Of a stretch of DNA of 54,795 bases, positions 1 to 22,728 are shown piece by piece (position 1 is the stretch's first letter; each line of letters starts with the position of its first letter). The DNA is from Chromera velia (Eukaryota), in NCBI GenBank assembly GCA_018398765.1, contig JAHBMJ010000163.1, positions 1 through 54,795 of the forward strand, written 5' to 3'. The notes under the pieces are model-generated. The model ran no database searches. It was given only the letters and a program-made list of their open reading frames with translations, and was not told the origin of the DNA. The position numbers and the translations under genes were made by a program.

Positions 1-13
1 CCCTTCCCCGCAG

Positions 14-11256
<11,243 letters not shown>

Positions 11257-12627
11257 GACAGAAGAGGGAGGGGCAGTGTGGAACGGGGAAGGGAAAACGA
11301 GGGACTGACTGATCTTCATCATAAGGGAAGGAAATCGGTCGTTGCATAAAGACAGCGAACGGCGGGGGGCACTTCTTCCCTCTGAATTCGAGTAGTGGCA
11401 CGATCACCGGCCATGCAAGCTCTCCTCTTCACCATCCCGCTCACTCCCCCCTTTTTAAAGGAACATCAATTACAAACATCGGTAAACAACTTTTTTATTG
11501 TCGTTTTTTAGTCAAATTACAGGATGATGACGATAATGACTATGATAATATGATGATGATGGTGATCTAAGGGGTTCCTAGACCGGAGCCTAAGCACATA
11601 GATTTTCACATAATTTTACTACCATTTATAATGATTTATTTAATACTCACAATTTTTAAATTTTAAAAGTAATACCATACGCGTGACCGCTAATAGGTCT
11701 GCTAGTATTTTGGTTATTTTGCGGTCTGGCGGCCGCCTAGTCACCATTCTAATTTGATTATCCGGATGTGCGTAACAGTGTAAAATGTATTGCGTCTTCT
11801 GCTGTGTTAATAAACAGAGCTGTGGGAGGGGAAGCATTGATCAGACGCATTATGAAATATTATAATTAATATACATACGTGAGTGATTAAGTGATAAGTG
11901 ATAAGTGATTAGTGGTGCCCCAGAGCACTGTTACCGTTTTGTCTTATAGAGGTCGCCCCCGCAAACAGCAAGGGGGTATGCCTCACTCCTGAGGCTCAGA
12001 CCACACCCTGTGACCCGCCCGGTTGAACTTAATTTACATATGTTTGGGGGAGGTCGCTTTCATGCCTGGGCTTCAAGAACAGTCTATGCAGGTTCACTTA
12101 TATAGGCTCACGAAACTTTTAGTGAGAAGAAAACTCTCCGAGCGCATAGCTTATGTGAGAGAATATAAAGTCATCACTCAAAGAGCTACCGATTTCCTCT
12201 CGACTCGAAACATGTATCATGACATATCACGACCACTATACTTTGACAGCTAGTTCGACAAGACCAGGCTCTCTAGAGCGGCCATTTTTAGTACCGCGGT
12301 TCCCTCCAGGCCCCTCCGCGGCGGTGCCCCCTCCCATTTGGGACATGGCCCCATATACCGTCAAAACGGTTTTTTCTGTGCACCACAGGCGCCACAAAAT
12401 TTTTTTTAAGGTGTTTCAATGATAAATTTAATCAATTGCTGATCAATTTGGTTCAACTTACCTCAGAAAAGGTAAAGACCGGAATAATCACGCTGCGGTT
12501 CCCCCCTTTCTTCAAGGTTTTACAACCGCGGCACGCCGCAGTGCGCCCTTCGGGCGCTCCGCGGCACCGCGGCGTTTGACCGTAAACGCTGCGGTGTCTA
12601 GAAAGCCTGGACAAGACAACCGCGGCA

Positions 12628-12800
12628 ATGCATGATTCATCGATCGTTAATTGTGTCTGCCAAACTGCGTCCCGCGGCCGGCCCCGCACCCGACGCGCAT
12701 GCGCCCGCCGCCCGCGCCGCGGGCCTTGCAGTCTCATGATGTCTCATGCATATCTGGAGTCTCACAAATGTCTCATGCAATCTCATGCATGTCACAAGCT
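12628..12800. promoter_or_regulatory. Promoter-like GC-rich island with GCATGC and TCTCATGCA motif cluster
   Basis: GC-rich core CGCGGCCGGCCCCGCACCCGACGCGCATGCGCCCGCCGCCCGCGCCGCGGG plus repeated TCTCA(T/C) units. Resembles the islands between the divergent gene pairs at 26.7 kb and 53.3 kb. Confidence 0.4.
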
Positions 12801-13976
12801 TAATTGTGAGTGTCTGGTTAAACTATGGTTAAACTGTACATAGCTCAGCATCTCAGTGCCAGCAGTTTTTTTTTTAATAAGTACCTCCATGTACGGCCTG
12901 CTTGCTGTTTATGCGATGGTTGCAGAAAAGCGAAATTCAAGATCGCGATAAGGTTATTTTGCATCTTTCCGGGGCCGGCCAGGTCTATAAAGGTCGAAAC
13001 AGCCAGTCAGAAGTGAGGGTTATCGTGTGGGTGATGGTGCTGATGCACTCGATCACAGGATGAAACGAGGCGCCAGGTTGCTCGACATGACATGATCGCA
13101 AATGGGTCGCAGGTTGGAGCCAAAAGACGATCTGTCTCTCGTACCTTCCCCCACGAAACTTAGTGGTCAGTTGCCTCCTACCGCCTCCAGACTTCTGCCG
13201 TGCAGTTATTTGTTGTATCGTCTCAGCGGAAGCTCCTGTTTACCTGGAAGCTTGCTCGAACAAGTGAGTCAGTCGTCGAGGTGTTGGTGCGGGCCGTGCA
13301 CAGTTGCTCATCTGCCATTTTCTGCAGTCTCTCGGAATGATACTTTTCCCCATCAGACTGGATTGTTGTTTATTCTGTGCTGGAAAGCGTTGCTGGGGGT
13401 GGGCGATGCAGGGGGACAAGCACGTAAGAAACAGAGTTTGTGCTTGGTGCTCTGGAAAGAAAGAGTTGCGCCTGGCAGACGAAAGCAGAATCTTGGAGAT
13501 ACAGTCAGACATCCTCGATATGTTTTCAAGTTGTGACGGAGCATTGGATGGATCCCACCCTCAAAGTTGGGCTAAGCAGATGCAGCGGTGTACCATTTGA
13601 GTTGTGCGTGTATGCATGGTAGTTTGCACCTATGGGTCCTGTCTCTCTCTGTGGCTGCCAGCGAGTGTTGGAACATTGCTTCATGCGTTTTTTGCGAACT
13701 TCAATCTGCATGTCTGCCTGCCGGTTGCACGTCTTACTCCAGCAGTGCAGCGAGGTGACTGGGCAACCTTCTGTCGTGTGTGAGTCCACCCGCTCGCTTT
13801 TCTCTGCCTTGCGTTCTTTCTCTCTCTGTCTTGGCTTAGGTACCCTGCGGCTAGAGGGGACCTGAGGGCAGTGGGGTTCAGTCCAGGCAGCTGTTGCTTC
13901 CGAGAGGCTAGATTGTGTTTCAATGAGTATGTGTGTGCGTAGAAGTGACTATCGTTTTTAAGACTCTGTGTGGATG

Positions 13977-14060
<84 letters not shown>

Positions 14061-14130
14061 GTGTGGTTGTGTGTCTAAGTGCGTGTCCTGTGCGTTTGCG
14101 TGTGTGTGATAGAGTGTGTGTGTGTGTGAT

Positions 14131-14172
<42 letters not shown>

Positions 14173-14657
14173 ATAGAGTGTGTGTGATTGTGTGTGTGAT
14201 AGAGTGTGTGTGGGCGCGCGCGCGCGCGCACGAGTGTGGGTGTGGGGTACGTGGGTGTTGGGGAGCGGAGACGTACACTTATGACAAAAAATGATGAAGC
14301 ATGCATGTTGCGTTAGACGGGAATTGGGATTTTCTTCTGTGTGCAAGGTATGTGCTCAAGCAGGCCTTTTGGAATAGGAAAGGAAGCTTTTTGTGAAGAT
14401 TTTTGGTTGCTGTCATCTTCAGCAGGGCGGCATTTGTGTTGGTGCTTTTGCAAAGGTTTTTTGTTGCTCTTGCATCTGTCACGTGCTTTTGTGTTTCTCT
14501 TAGGGGTGTCAAGGCCTTTTTTCTCTCAAAGAAGGCTGTCAAGTAAAAGAGTACCAGCGGGAGTGAAAGACATCGTGGAGAGCGGAGGTGGCATCGACAG
14601 TTAGCAGCGTAATTGAGTAAACTTCGACAGCCGCACACTCATACAAGCATGCACAAA

Positions 14658-14702
<45 letters not shown>

Positions 14703-15931
14703 CAAGCAGATAGGGTTGAGGGAACACAACTTTTTGTTTTCTAAGGATATCTAAAGGAGAAAATGTAGAGCTGAATGCAGGATTCGTTCCTTTCTTGTTG
14801 CCTAGGTTCGTTGATTCATTCTCTTGTGCACTCCATTCACCTTTCCCCCCCTTTTTTGTTCTCTTTTTCTTCATTGCGTCATGTCGCCTCCGAGTCGGAG
14901 CATGAGTAGGTGCAACAGATTTTGCCAGGCCTCCTTGTCGTTCTGGCTTCGTTTGTCTGACCAGAATCAAGTGGATGAGATGCTCGTCGATCGTTCCTGT
15001 GAGTCTCTGGAACTATCATGACGGAACGAAGGCGTGCAGGTCTCGAGGGCGTGTCTCACTGATTGATCATCCACTTGCAGCGGTATCCTTCTCCTTCTTG
15101 TACAAACCACTTTACCATCGATTGCGTTCTCGAGCACGGACAAGGATGTCAAGGAACAATTTGTTTACAAGTTCAATTTGTTTTAATTTGTGCTATAGAA
15201 TTTATGTCTAGGTCTGACCTGTAAAGTGGTCTCTAGAGTGGTCTTTATAATACCCCAGATAATATCTGATGCAGCGTAATGCAGCGCCCTTGCTTTCGCG
15301 CCTAGCTGTTTGCATTCAATCAATATTGAATTTTTATGTCGCTTCTAAATTTTATGTTTTAGTCTGTGAAATCTATACTATATATAAAAAATAAAAAATA
15401 AATGGTTGTTTTCAGGCAACTAGTAACTTAGTAGTAAGGCAGCTTCTAGGGCAGCTTGAACACTCTGACACTATATGTATGGCCATTAATTTCTTGGGGA
15501 ATGTTATAAGGGAGGAAATGTGCTAGCTCCATCAGCCTCCATGCTGCTATAGCCATTCAATATATGCATAGATATCTCAATTACAAAGATATAAGATTAA
15601 ATTAAATACAAATAATTTTGACTAGAATTTTGAGCAGTAGGCCTATAGCGGTGGGCACTCTACGCCTAGCTCTACGCTAGAGTCTACCTTATCCGTAATA
15701 GTGATAGTGATTTATAATCGCTGCCGGGTACTCTAAGTTAAACACTGACAATGAATTAACACTGTCTGTTATTTCTTATCTATTTATTTTTTTTAACATT
15801 CTTGTAACCAAATCTTGTTTTCAACATTATTCATTTGATCTAACAGTGTCTGGTAAGACTAGTGATAAGAACAGGTAGCTAGCGATACTTTAACATACTA
15901 CCAAGATATAGCTGGACTCGGAAGGCCTGGC

Positions 15932-17160
15932 TAGTGACCATGTTTGATTTGATTTGATTTGATTTAATTTGAGGTAGCGCTTAAGCTCAAATCAAATATC
16001 CAGTCAGGGAGGACCTAGTGTTTAAAGACCTATCAAATATGATCAAATATTTGATTAATATGACTTTCAACCTCAAATATGAAGGTCCCGAAAAAACTTT
16101 TGCAAGTACCGATCCGTCACGCATGCTGATTCAAATGAAAAAACCTAAATCTTGATGGTTTGCTCTTAAAAAAAAACGTTTTGAGCTGCACTGAAATTGA
16201 CGTTTCACCCCCTTTTACTTCATGCAGAGGTAAACCGATCAGCTGAACGTTTTCCCGAACAGCTGTATTAACTTTTCTGGTGCTGGAACATCTTTTACGG
16301 CCCCCTTTTTGAGCGTCTGCAAACATTTTACACCCCGTAAAGACATGTCACACAATCCGACAGGGTCGAACGGGAAGAAGGAGGCATTTATTTTTAGAAC
16401 CGGGTACGCAAAAAAAATATGGTCGGTGCAAAAGGGGGCAAATGTGATTCAGTGTCAGGTAAAAATACAAGGAGCCGAGGGGGAAGGAGAAACTATTTGT
16501 GGCTGTGAGTATGCAGCAGCAGCAACCAGTTCTTTTCAAACCCACCTCATCAATCAGCATGGCTTGATGATCACGTCTGACAAACATGTGCAGCTGCTCC
16601 AAGAAAGACAGGAGAAGTGGTCGGAGGGGGCGGGAAAGCCAGAGAAAAAGCTCTCAGCAGCTCCCACCACCGATCGATTCGATTCACATTGAAGAAAGTG
16701 ATCATGAAGAAGAGGAAAAGGAAGTGGCATAAAGCTGAGTGATTGCCACCTCAATTTTGGTACGTGCTCTAACTTTATCGTATCAACAAAAAGTCATATG
16801 CAATTTCAAATCCATCAATTTTACGTTCTTAATCTCTATTAGTTACATAATTAGTACTAGAGTGAGTCTCAGTGACTAGTATATATACACTGCCACACAG
16901 GCATATTTTTTTTATAATTATAATTATAATTTATTATATATATATATATATATATTTTTTAAAATTTTTGAAACACACATCAGAAATGTTCTGATAACTA
17001 TTGTCATGAGAAAAATGATTAGAGTGACAGTAAATCAGTGACTCAGTGAGGAACCCTAAGAGGTTAACCTCAAATCTCACCCCAAATATCAAATATTTGA
17101 GGTTGAAGCTCAAATCAAATCAAATCAAATCAAATATAATTAAATCAAACATGGTCACTA
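15932..17160 (+). mobile_element. Non-autonomous (internally deleted) hAT-superfamily DNA transposon, 1229 bp
   Basis: Perfect 19-bp TIRs TAGTGACCATGTTTGATTT (15932-15950; reverse complement at 17142-17160). Exact 8-bp TSD GGCCTGGC at 15924-15931 and 17161-17168. Subterminal (GATTT)n/(AAATC)n arrays and an inverted TTCAACCTCAAATAT/ATATTTGAGGTTGAA pair. Internal BED-finger ORF. An 8-bp TSD, a TAG terminus and a BED finger are established hAT hallmarks. Confidence 0.92.
16345..16692 (+). pseudogene. Truncated hAT transposase N-terminus (BED zinc finger), catalytic domain absent
   Basis: MSHNPT...KKIWSVQKGANVIQCQVK...TICGCEYAAAATSSFQTHLINQHG fits the BED pattern W..C..C..TS..HLxxxH. The ORF lies between the TIRs and stops shortly after the finger. 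Confidence 0.75.
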
Positions 17161-17517
17161 GGCCTGGCGCAGAACCTAGCAGTGCTAGCACAAAACGAAT
17201 GAATCAATTTATAAGTGAATCAATATAAATTTTAAAATTTAAATTTAAATTTTAAATCTCTATATATAAGTTCTATGAACTTTTCCTTTTAACTCACGTT
17301 ATCTAACTTTGAAACAGTTGTTAAACCATGGTGTAGCCTTGCTTTAGGCTTTGCTCTAGGCCTTGCTGTACCTTGTTGTGGTGTTTTAGTAGCATATGTA
17401 GTAAACAATTAGCATTTTCGCCCTCTCTTGATTATAGTAGACGACTCCAGTAAGACATCAGTCCTAAAATAACAATCATTTCTTTTCTTATTGACTCTCC
17501 CCTTCTCGGCCCGTCTT

Positions 17518-18367
17518 TTAGTGTGCCGGGGCGACTAATGGAGAATCCACCACAGAGAATCCGGTGGCGACGCCTCCCTCATCGACGCCCTCGGCCTTCG
17601 TTCTGACCAGGTGACCAACCAGCCGAAAGTCCAACGCCCCCGATGCATCCGAGTCCCACACTGAGGCGGGGCCCTCGCTGCACGAACATTTAAAAAAACA
17701 AAAACACGCTTCTGTACGGAGGAAGTGTGAAACCTGTTCACGAAGCCTTCCGCATCAGTCGGCCAAAACAGACCAACAAGAAGAGACGCCCCTGGACGGA
17801 CATCTTGGGTTGCCTTGAACTTGACTCACTTTCTGTTTGTCTTCTTTCCGGCATGCCACTTTTCTCTTATACAACCGCAAACTATTATATGTTTTCGCAA
17901 CAATGACAACCTCTCTGCCTGACTCACGGAATTAACTGACCAAACAGATGTGCTGTAAATTCCCAATTCAGAGATGCCCTTCATGAGAATGGCTGACGGC
18001 GGTGTCCCCATTTGAGCAGACCTGAGGAGGCGAGGCACATGCAGGCACACAAGGAGGCCGAGAGAGTGCGTCTAGGACAAAGACGAGAAACGAAGAGACA
18101 AAAAGTGATCCGCAGATCATAGAGAAGAACACCACAGGGGGGCAAAAAGAAAAACTTCTCTTTCAGCAAATGTACGTTTTTTCGAAACAAACCCTTGCTT
18201 TCTCACTGGGCATCCTTTCCATGCGCAGACCAACTCCACGCATTCACGTACCACCTCTCCACCGCACGCATCGTTTCCTGCACTCTGCTACCAATCCTCT
18301 GCCTCTCTCCCCTTTCTTCCAGAGCTTTTGCATGCAAAGCACGTACACGCACGCACGCACGCACACA

Positions 18368-18403
<36 letters not shown>

Positions 18404-20004
18404 ATACTGTCAACCCCCTGACTGACTGACTTACACTGACTGACTGACTGACTTACACTGACTGACTGACTGACTGACTGACTGACTTACACTGACTGAC
18501 TGACTGACTTACACTGACTGACTGACAGACTGACTGACTCACTGACTGACTGACTGCCTGACCGATCGAATGCCAGAGTCGGGAGCGTTCTTGGTCTGAT
18601 CTTTTGCATGAGGATGAACTGCCAGAGGGCCTCTCTGTCCCCCTGGAGGGCCGCCGTGATGGCTGCACGCACAAGAAGGAATGAATGAATCAAAGACCCC
18701 GCAGAGGCAGGCGTCTATCTTGCAAATAAGCAGAGGAAGAAATGACGCACGCACAAGAAGAAATGAATGAATGAAAGACCCCGCACAGGCAGGCGTCTAT
18801 CTTGCAAATAAGCAGAGGAAGAAATGACGCACGCACAAGAAGAAATGAATGAATGAAAGACCCCGCACAGGCAGGCGTCTATCTTGCAAATAAGCAGAGG
18901 AAGAAATGAACATGTACAAAGACCAACGTATGTGCATACGACAATGGCAAAGTAAAATGATATGGCATGTTCTGAGAGAAAGACTGAGAAAGACAAACAA
19001 AAAGAGAAGTGTGAAAAGTCAGATACATGGATGAGAAAAATAGTGAAGGGGAAAACATGGAAAAAGGTCACTGAGAGAGAAAGGAATGGAGGGAGGGAGC
19101 AACATCGGTTTTTTCCTCCTTCATGTTTTTCTTCTGCATCTACATTTTCACTTTCTTTCTGCAGCTAGGCTGACTGACCAGCTCCATGGAGGTTATTCCC
19201 CCCCCCCTCTCTCTGGGGTTTGAGGACATAGCGCCCCGGTTCCCTCTCTGCGTGCTGGAGAGCCTCCATCTGCCTTTTGTGCTCTCTGCGGATTCACAGT
19301 CTTGCTTGGGTCACATTGTCTGACATTGTCTAGCTATCTTCCGGCCAAATTTTGTTTCCATGGGCCCCGCACGGACCCCATGAATGGGATGGAAAATTTT
19401 GATGCGTCCTTTCCAAATCATTCAAGGGCACTGGTCTCTGTCTGTGGATCTTGCAAGAGCCTGTCAGTCAGTCGACTGAAGAGAAGAGAAGTGCCCAAAC
19501 GGAGGCAGGAAAAAAGGGATTGATGCCAGGATAGTCCCATCAGTTGAATGTGAGCCCTTAGGAAAAGAGGGGAAAAGGGAAGACTTCACGGAGACGCGAA
19601 TTCACGCTGAACAGCTAGACGAGAAGAGAAAAGCAGCAAGAGAGCAAAGGATAGCTTGAAGAACAAAAATGCAAAACCAAGAACAGACAGTCCGCTCTCT
19701 CAGACAAAAGCCTTACAGACAGAAAGACGTACAAAGAAAGACCTTGAAGAAATACACACAAAGAAAGAAAGAAAGAAAGAAAGAAAGAAAAGAACCAAAG
19801 AGCCTCACTGACTGACTGACTGACTGACTCCTCCCCAATCTCCCCAATCTCCTTTTCAGACCTCATGAGGGTCTCTCCGGGATCTACCTGAAATGCGTGT
19901 CAAGGCAAAATAAACAAAGGCACATGCACAACCACAAAGCACCCACACATTGCATCAAGGATATTGCATGGACAGACAAGTGCGTGCGTAATCTTGGACT
20001 CATA

Positions 20005-20059
<55 letters not shown>

Positions 20060-20646
20060 ACCTCATGAGGCCCTCTCCGGTTTCTCGAATCCAGAGAGGG
20101 CGGTAGGGCGGTAGGGAGGGAGGGGGGCGGCTTCCTTTTCCTTCGATCTGTTCTCTGTTCGAACAGGCCAACCCCACCCCACTGACCTGCAATGCAAAGC
20201 AGGCCCTCAGAGCCTCTATGGAGTCATTACATACATACAGCATGAAAATGAATCCATACACTCACCTGCAATGCAAAGCAGGCCCTCAGAGCCTCTATGG
20301 AGTCATTACATACATACAGTATGAAAATGAATCCATACACTCACCTGCAATGCAAAGCAGGCCCTCAGAGCCTCCCGTTCCCTCTCGTCAGACACGAATC
20401 GGGAGAGAATAGAGGGAACGCACCACAGCTGTTGGATCTGCAGACACAATGAACGAATGAATGAATTGATCATCTCTGTCTCTCTTTCTTTGTTTGATTT
20501 CAAGGGGCCCCAAACGTGCAGAAAGAGTTGTTCGTCGAATCTGGCACACATTCCCGCATGTATGCGGTCGCACAAAAATAAGGGGAGTGAACAAAAAGAA
20601 AGACAGAAACAAAGAAAGACAGAAACAAAGAAAGACAGAAACAAAC

Positions 20647-20677
<31 letters not shown>

Positions 20678-20678
20678 A

Positions 20679-20709
<31 letters not shown>

Positions 20710-20742
20710 AGAAAGAAAGAAAGAAAGAAAGAAAGAAAACAA

Positions 20743-20773
<31 letters not shown>

Positions 20774-21160
20774 ACAAAAAGAAAGAAAGAGAAAAGCCGA
20801 CATCCGCCTGCTGACCTTTTTGCATCCCACTAATTGTGCAGGGACGGAAGGACACTTGGCGGCGTCTGACCACTCAACCAGCCTCCGAATGTTCCAGAAC
20901 CTGAACAGACAGAGAAAGGGACCACGAGGTGAGAAGAGAGAAAGGGAGAACGAACACACACCAGCAGCTGAAATGAGATGAAACGAACAGAGAGAGAGGG
21001 AGAGGGAGAAAAAGAAAGAATACCAGACACGCAGAAATTCATCGAGGGGATTTTGTCAGAGGAGGCAGCAGCCATAGGGGGGCGAGCATCCTCGCGTACG
21101 GAGATAGGGGGAGCCTGATAGTTTAGACACGCGCTCACAAAGCCAGATCTGGGGCCCTCA

Positions 21161-21217
<57 letters not shown>

Positions 21218-22689
21218 CGAGAGAGAGCGAGAGCGAGCGACAGAGACTCGCAGACAGACCTCTGATCCTTGTACTGTTCAGGAGAGTACCCCGAACGGAA
21301 ATAGACGGCAGAGATCTCCACGACCTGCCCCTCTGGTTCGTCTGGCCGTGCTGCAGCAGAAAGCAGAAGAGAGAATGAAAATGAATTCGATCGAAAGGTC
21401 TCCTGAAATATTTGGGTCTACCAATTTTTGGTCTCTCTGTCAGGCTGCCCTCCAAGGTTGCGGCAATTCGAATTCGGCCCTCGTTCCCTCCTTTCTTTTT
21501 TTCGTTTCTTCTTTGCTTCCTTCTTGGTCTCACGAACACAATTCAGGGGAAGAGCATCCAACAGGCTTGTTTGCCCACGCAAAAGAGCAAAACCAATTCC
21601 TTCTGCCTGGCAAGAAGATGGGTGCTCTTTCTCGAGAAGAGCAAAATAGAGCCAGCTCCCTTCTATTGTTTGCCGTTCTTTCGGCATTCTTTTCAGACGA
21701 AAAGCCACTGCCAATGAAATCTCTCTGAGAGAGTCGAGCCCCCCCACAGCAGAGAGTTGACCATTCACGTCTAAATCCTTTGGGTGGTCAGAGGCCTTTA
21801 GGCGCAAGTCTTTCTGTCTATTCTATCCGTCTGCCTATCTGCCTGTCTGCATTTCGTTCTGTGTACTGTCATTCGACTTGTGTGCATTAGTGTGTCTCGG
21901 TCCCCCTTCCCGCCTGCCTGACTGACTTGACAAATCGATGAGATGTGGATACAGGGCCTCTTTGTTCTCTGTATATTCTCATGCTACAGAAAGCCTCCCT
22001 AAAGCATCCGTCCTTTCAACTGCGCCTGAACATGTCTCCCGAACACACACAGAGCGAATGTATGAATAGACCGAATATGCATTTGCGCCTCCACACACAC
22101 ACACACACACACACCTGTCGGGCCTTTGTTCTCCAGGACCAGCGCTCTTCTCGTCGTTGTTTCTTTCCCTCCCGAGGACGAGGAAGAGGAAGAGGAGACC
22201 ACCAACCGAAGCGCACCCGACTCTTTCGCGCTCACGAGCTCATCTAGCGACCTGCACGCATTCTCACACACAAACACGAAGATACACAAGCAATACGGCT
22301 GTGAAAGTGAGACGCGGTAAAGGGAGAGAGGAAGAAACCAGGCAAGACAGGAGGCCAAAGAAAGAACTCTCTGAGCGTTGATCAGGGGGCACCTTTGGCT
22401 TTGAAATGAAACAAAAAGCGCACGCAAACACACACGAAAAAAGCCTCCAAAACACATGAATCATACTTTTCCAAAAGACTGACTGACATTCGGACACACC
22501 GAACCCCCTCCTGTTCGAGCAGAGCCCACTCGACTAGTCTCTGGTCGCATTCGTTCCTCTCCTCGTGGGGTACTAGGAAGAGGACTCGGAGGGGGGGCAG
22601 AGGGAGGGAAGGGGAGGGGTCTAGGACAGGAGGGGGGTACCGCCTCATGTACGCTCTGTGGGCTGATGCGAGACCCTGCACACACACAC

Positions 22690-22728
<39 letters not shown>

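Noticed and set aside
11567..12280. Possible TIR element in the AT-rich region after the AP2 gene
   Set aside because: Only weak, gapped inverted similarity and no TSD found.
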